Below are positions 42,404-43,399 of a stretch of 43,399 nt of DNA, in pieces. This DNA is from Candidatus Aenigmatarchaeota archaeon. GTDB taxonomy: Archaea > Aenigmatarchaeota > Aenigmatarchaeia > Aenigmatarchaeales > DAIDAN01. Positions within the stretch are counted from its first letter, which is position 1, and the number at the start of each line of letters is the position of its first letter. Made by a program: the position numbers and the translations under genes. Below the pieces are notes generated by a model that saw only the letters and a list, made by a program, of their open reading frames with translations, was not told the origin of the DNA and made no database searches. The DNA is taken from NCBI GenBank assembly GCA_036171435.1, contig JAVHRC010000073.1, positions 1 to 43,399 on the forward strand, in the 5' to 3' direction.

Positions 42404-43399
42404 TCATCCGAATGTCATCGGCCTTATCGCGACATTGAAGTCGTTGTCAATCTGGTATGTGTATTTCACTTCAGACTGAATTGAATAAACTTTCTGTTCT
42501 GATACTGTCGTGTCGGACGGTGACGTAAGTTCGCACCTGAAAATCTGGGATTTGTCCTTCACGAAATCGATTTTCTTGGTTAAAGTCAGTTTGCATTTAT
42601 CTGTTCCTTCAGCAGAGCCTGTAAAGAAGCCGTCGCAGATTATCTCTCCGCATTTTGTTGTATCGCCTGAAGAAGTAAGAGCCGCAGGAATTTTAATATT
42701 CAGTTCCGTATTTGATTTTATGCAGCCGTTGTTATTACATAAAGAAGTATCAACAGATTTGCTGCTGTCTGTATTCTTTCCGCAGTGCTCTATATTGCCA
42801 TTGTTGCAAAAATAAGTATCTGCCTTGTTGCCAAAACAGTCGCCCGAATTAAAAGGTAAGCCGCCGGAATCAGTGCATTTTTTGTTGTTGGATACGAATG
42901 CTGCACTTCCCAATACCGCTTTCCCGCTTCCCTTGTTCTCAACCGTGATGTACATTGGGATTTTTATTATGTTGCTTTTTGACGTGTCTGCATCAATAGT
43001 GGAAGTCCTGACCGGCTGGTTCACACCGAAGGAGAAATCAACCTTTATCGGGCCGCGGCTTTTTGACTGTGTGGAACTGACAAAAGGCGTCTGCCCTGCG
43101 CGCTGCATTTCCTGGAATTTCTTGTTTGATATCACGTTCAGCTCGGTTGTTGTTATTCCGGAAAAATCATAAGTAAGTTTGTACCTTATCGGGCAGTTTG
43201 CCTGCAACCCGCCGATTTTTTCCGAAGGCGGTGACTTGAACTGGCATTCTATCTGCTGGACATCCTTCGGGGAAATGTCATTAAAGGCAATCGAATAGGA
43301 TGTTTTTTTGCCGTCAATGCCCCAGTCTGAAGGATTGCAGGAAGAAGGCGCGCATACACCCCAGTCATAAAGCTCAATCTTCACGTTTTTCGCATCGTC
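42404..43399 (-). CDS. Cys-rich surface protein, paralog 3 (5' end outside the window)
   Basis: The reading frame stays open to the window edge. The ORF-track start at 43384 is an internal GTG, and no signal peptide is visible. It shares the blocks NVISNKKFQEMQRAGQ, PIKVDFSFGVNQP and a C-terminal VKYTYQIDNDFNVAI. Confidence 0.6.
   Translation of the reverse strand, partial: DDAKNVKIELYDWGVCAPSSCNPSDWGIDGKKTSYSIAFNDISPKDVQQIECQFKSPPSEKIGGLQANCPIRYKLTYDFSGITTTELNVISNKKFQEMQRAGQTPFVSSTQSKSRGPIKVDFSFGVNQPVRTSTIDADTSKSNIIKIPMYITVENKGSGKAVLGSAAFVSNNKKCTDSGGLPFNSGDCFGNKADTYFCNNGNIEHCGKNTDSSKSVDTSLCNNNGCIKSNTELNIKIPAALTSSGDTTKCGEIICDGFFTGSAEGTDKCKLTLTKKIDFVKDKSQIFRCELTSPSDTTVSEQKVYSIQSEVKYTYQIDNDFNVAIRPMTFG

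Noticed and set aside
1-43399. CRISPR arrays, IS elements, integrases, rRNA genes
   Set aside because: I scanned for regularly spaced direct repeats, terminal inverted repeats with transposase-like ORFs, and rRNA-like conserved strings, and found none. The only multi-copy elements found are the tRNA intron family, the 18-19 nt promoter-region motif and the Fic-flanking 9-mers.

Overview
Gene-dense archaeal chromosomal window. Evidence for archaeal origin: thermosome, topoisomerase VI A/B, archaemetzincin, EndoQ, a two-gene tRNA-splicing endonuclease and GGTGA-type ribosome-binding sites. Many neighbouring genes overlap by 4-8 nt. The content is compatible with a small-genome, DPANN-like archaeon, which is inference only: a secreted SNase-LTD nuclease, a type IV pilus locus, an ADP-forming acyl-CoA synthetase alpha subunit, several lipobox surface proteins and few biosynthetic genes. 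I call about 50 protein genes and four tRNA genes; no rRNA, CRISPR array, transposase or integrase was seen. The standout feature is the tRNAs. All four are interrupted at non-canonical positions, and hand-folded bulge-helix-bulge (BHB) motifs predict the splice sites. tRNA-Val(CAC) has an intron at 59/60 and tRNA-Val(UAC) at 29/30. tRNA-Ser(GCU) and tRNA-Ala(GGC) each carry about 150 nt inside the T-arm, which appears to leave the T-loop TTCGAA as a 6-nt micro-exon between two introns. tRNA-Ala also has a 13-nt D-loop mini-intron. The first T-arm intron of Ser and Ala shares a 49-nt core with one substitution, and a diverged copy sits in Val(CAC), so this looks like a mobile intron family. 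An adjacent pair of endonuclease paralogs (one with the catalytic His, one without) lies 22 kb upstream. Other points of interest are a radical SAM/SPASM plus FrhB-like pair in an AT-rich patch, a CBS-HPF/RaiA-like fusion, a pilus locus with a split platform protein, three tandem paralogous surface proteins, and a Fic gene bracketed by 9-10 nt repeats.
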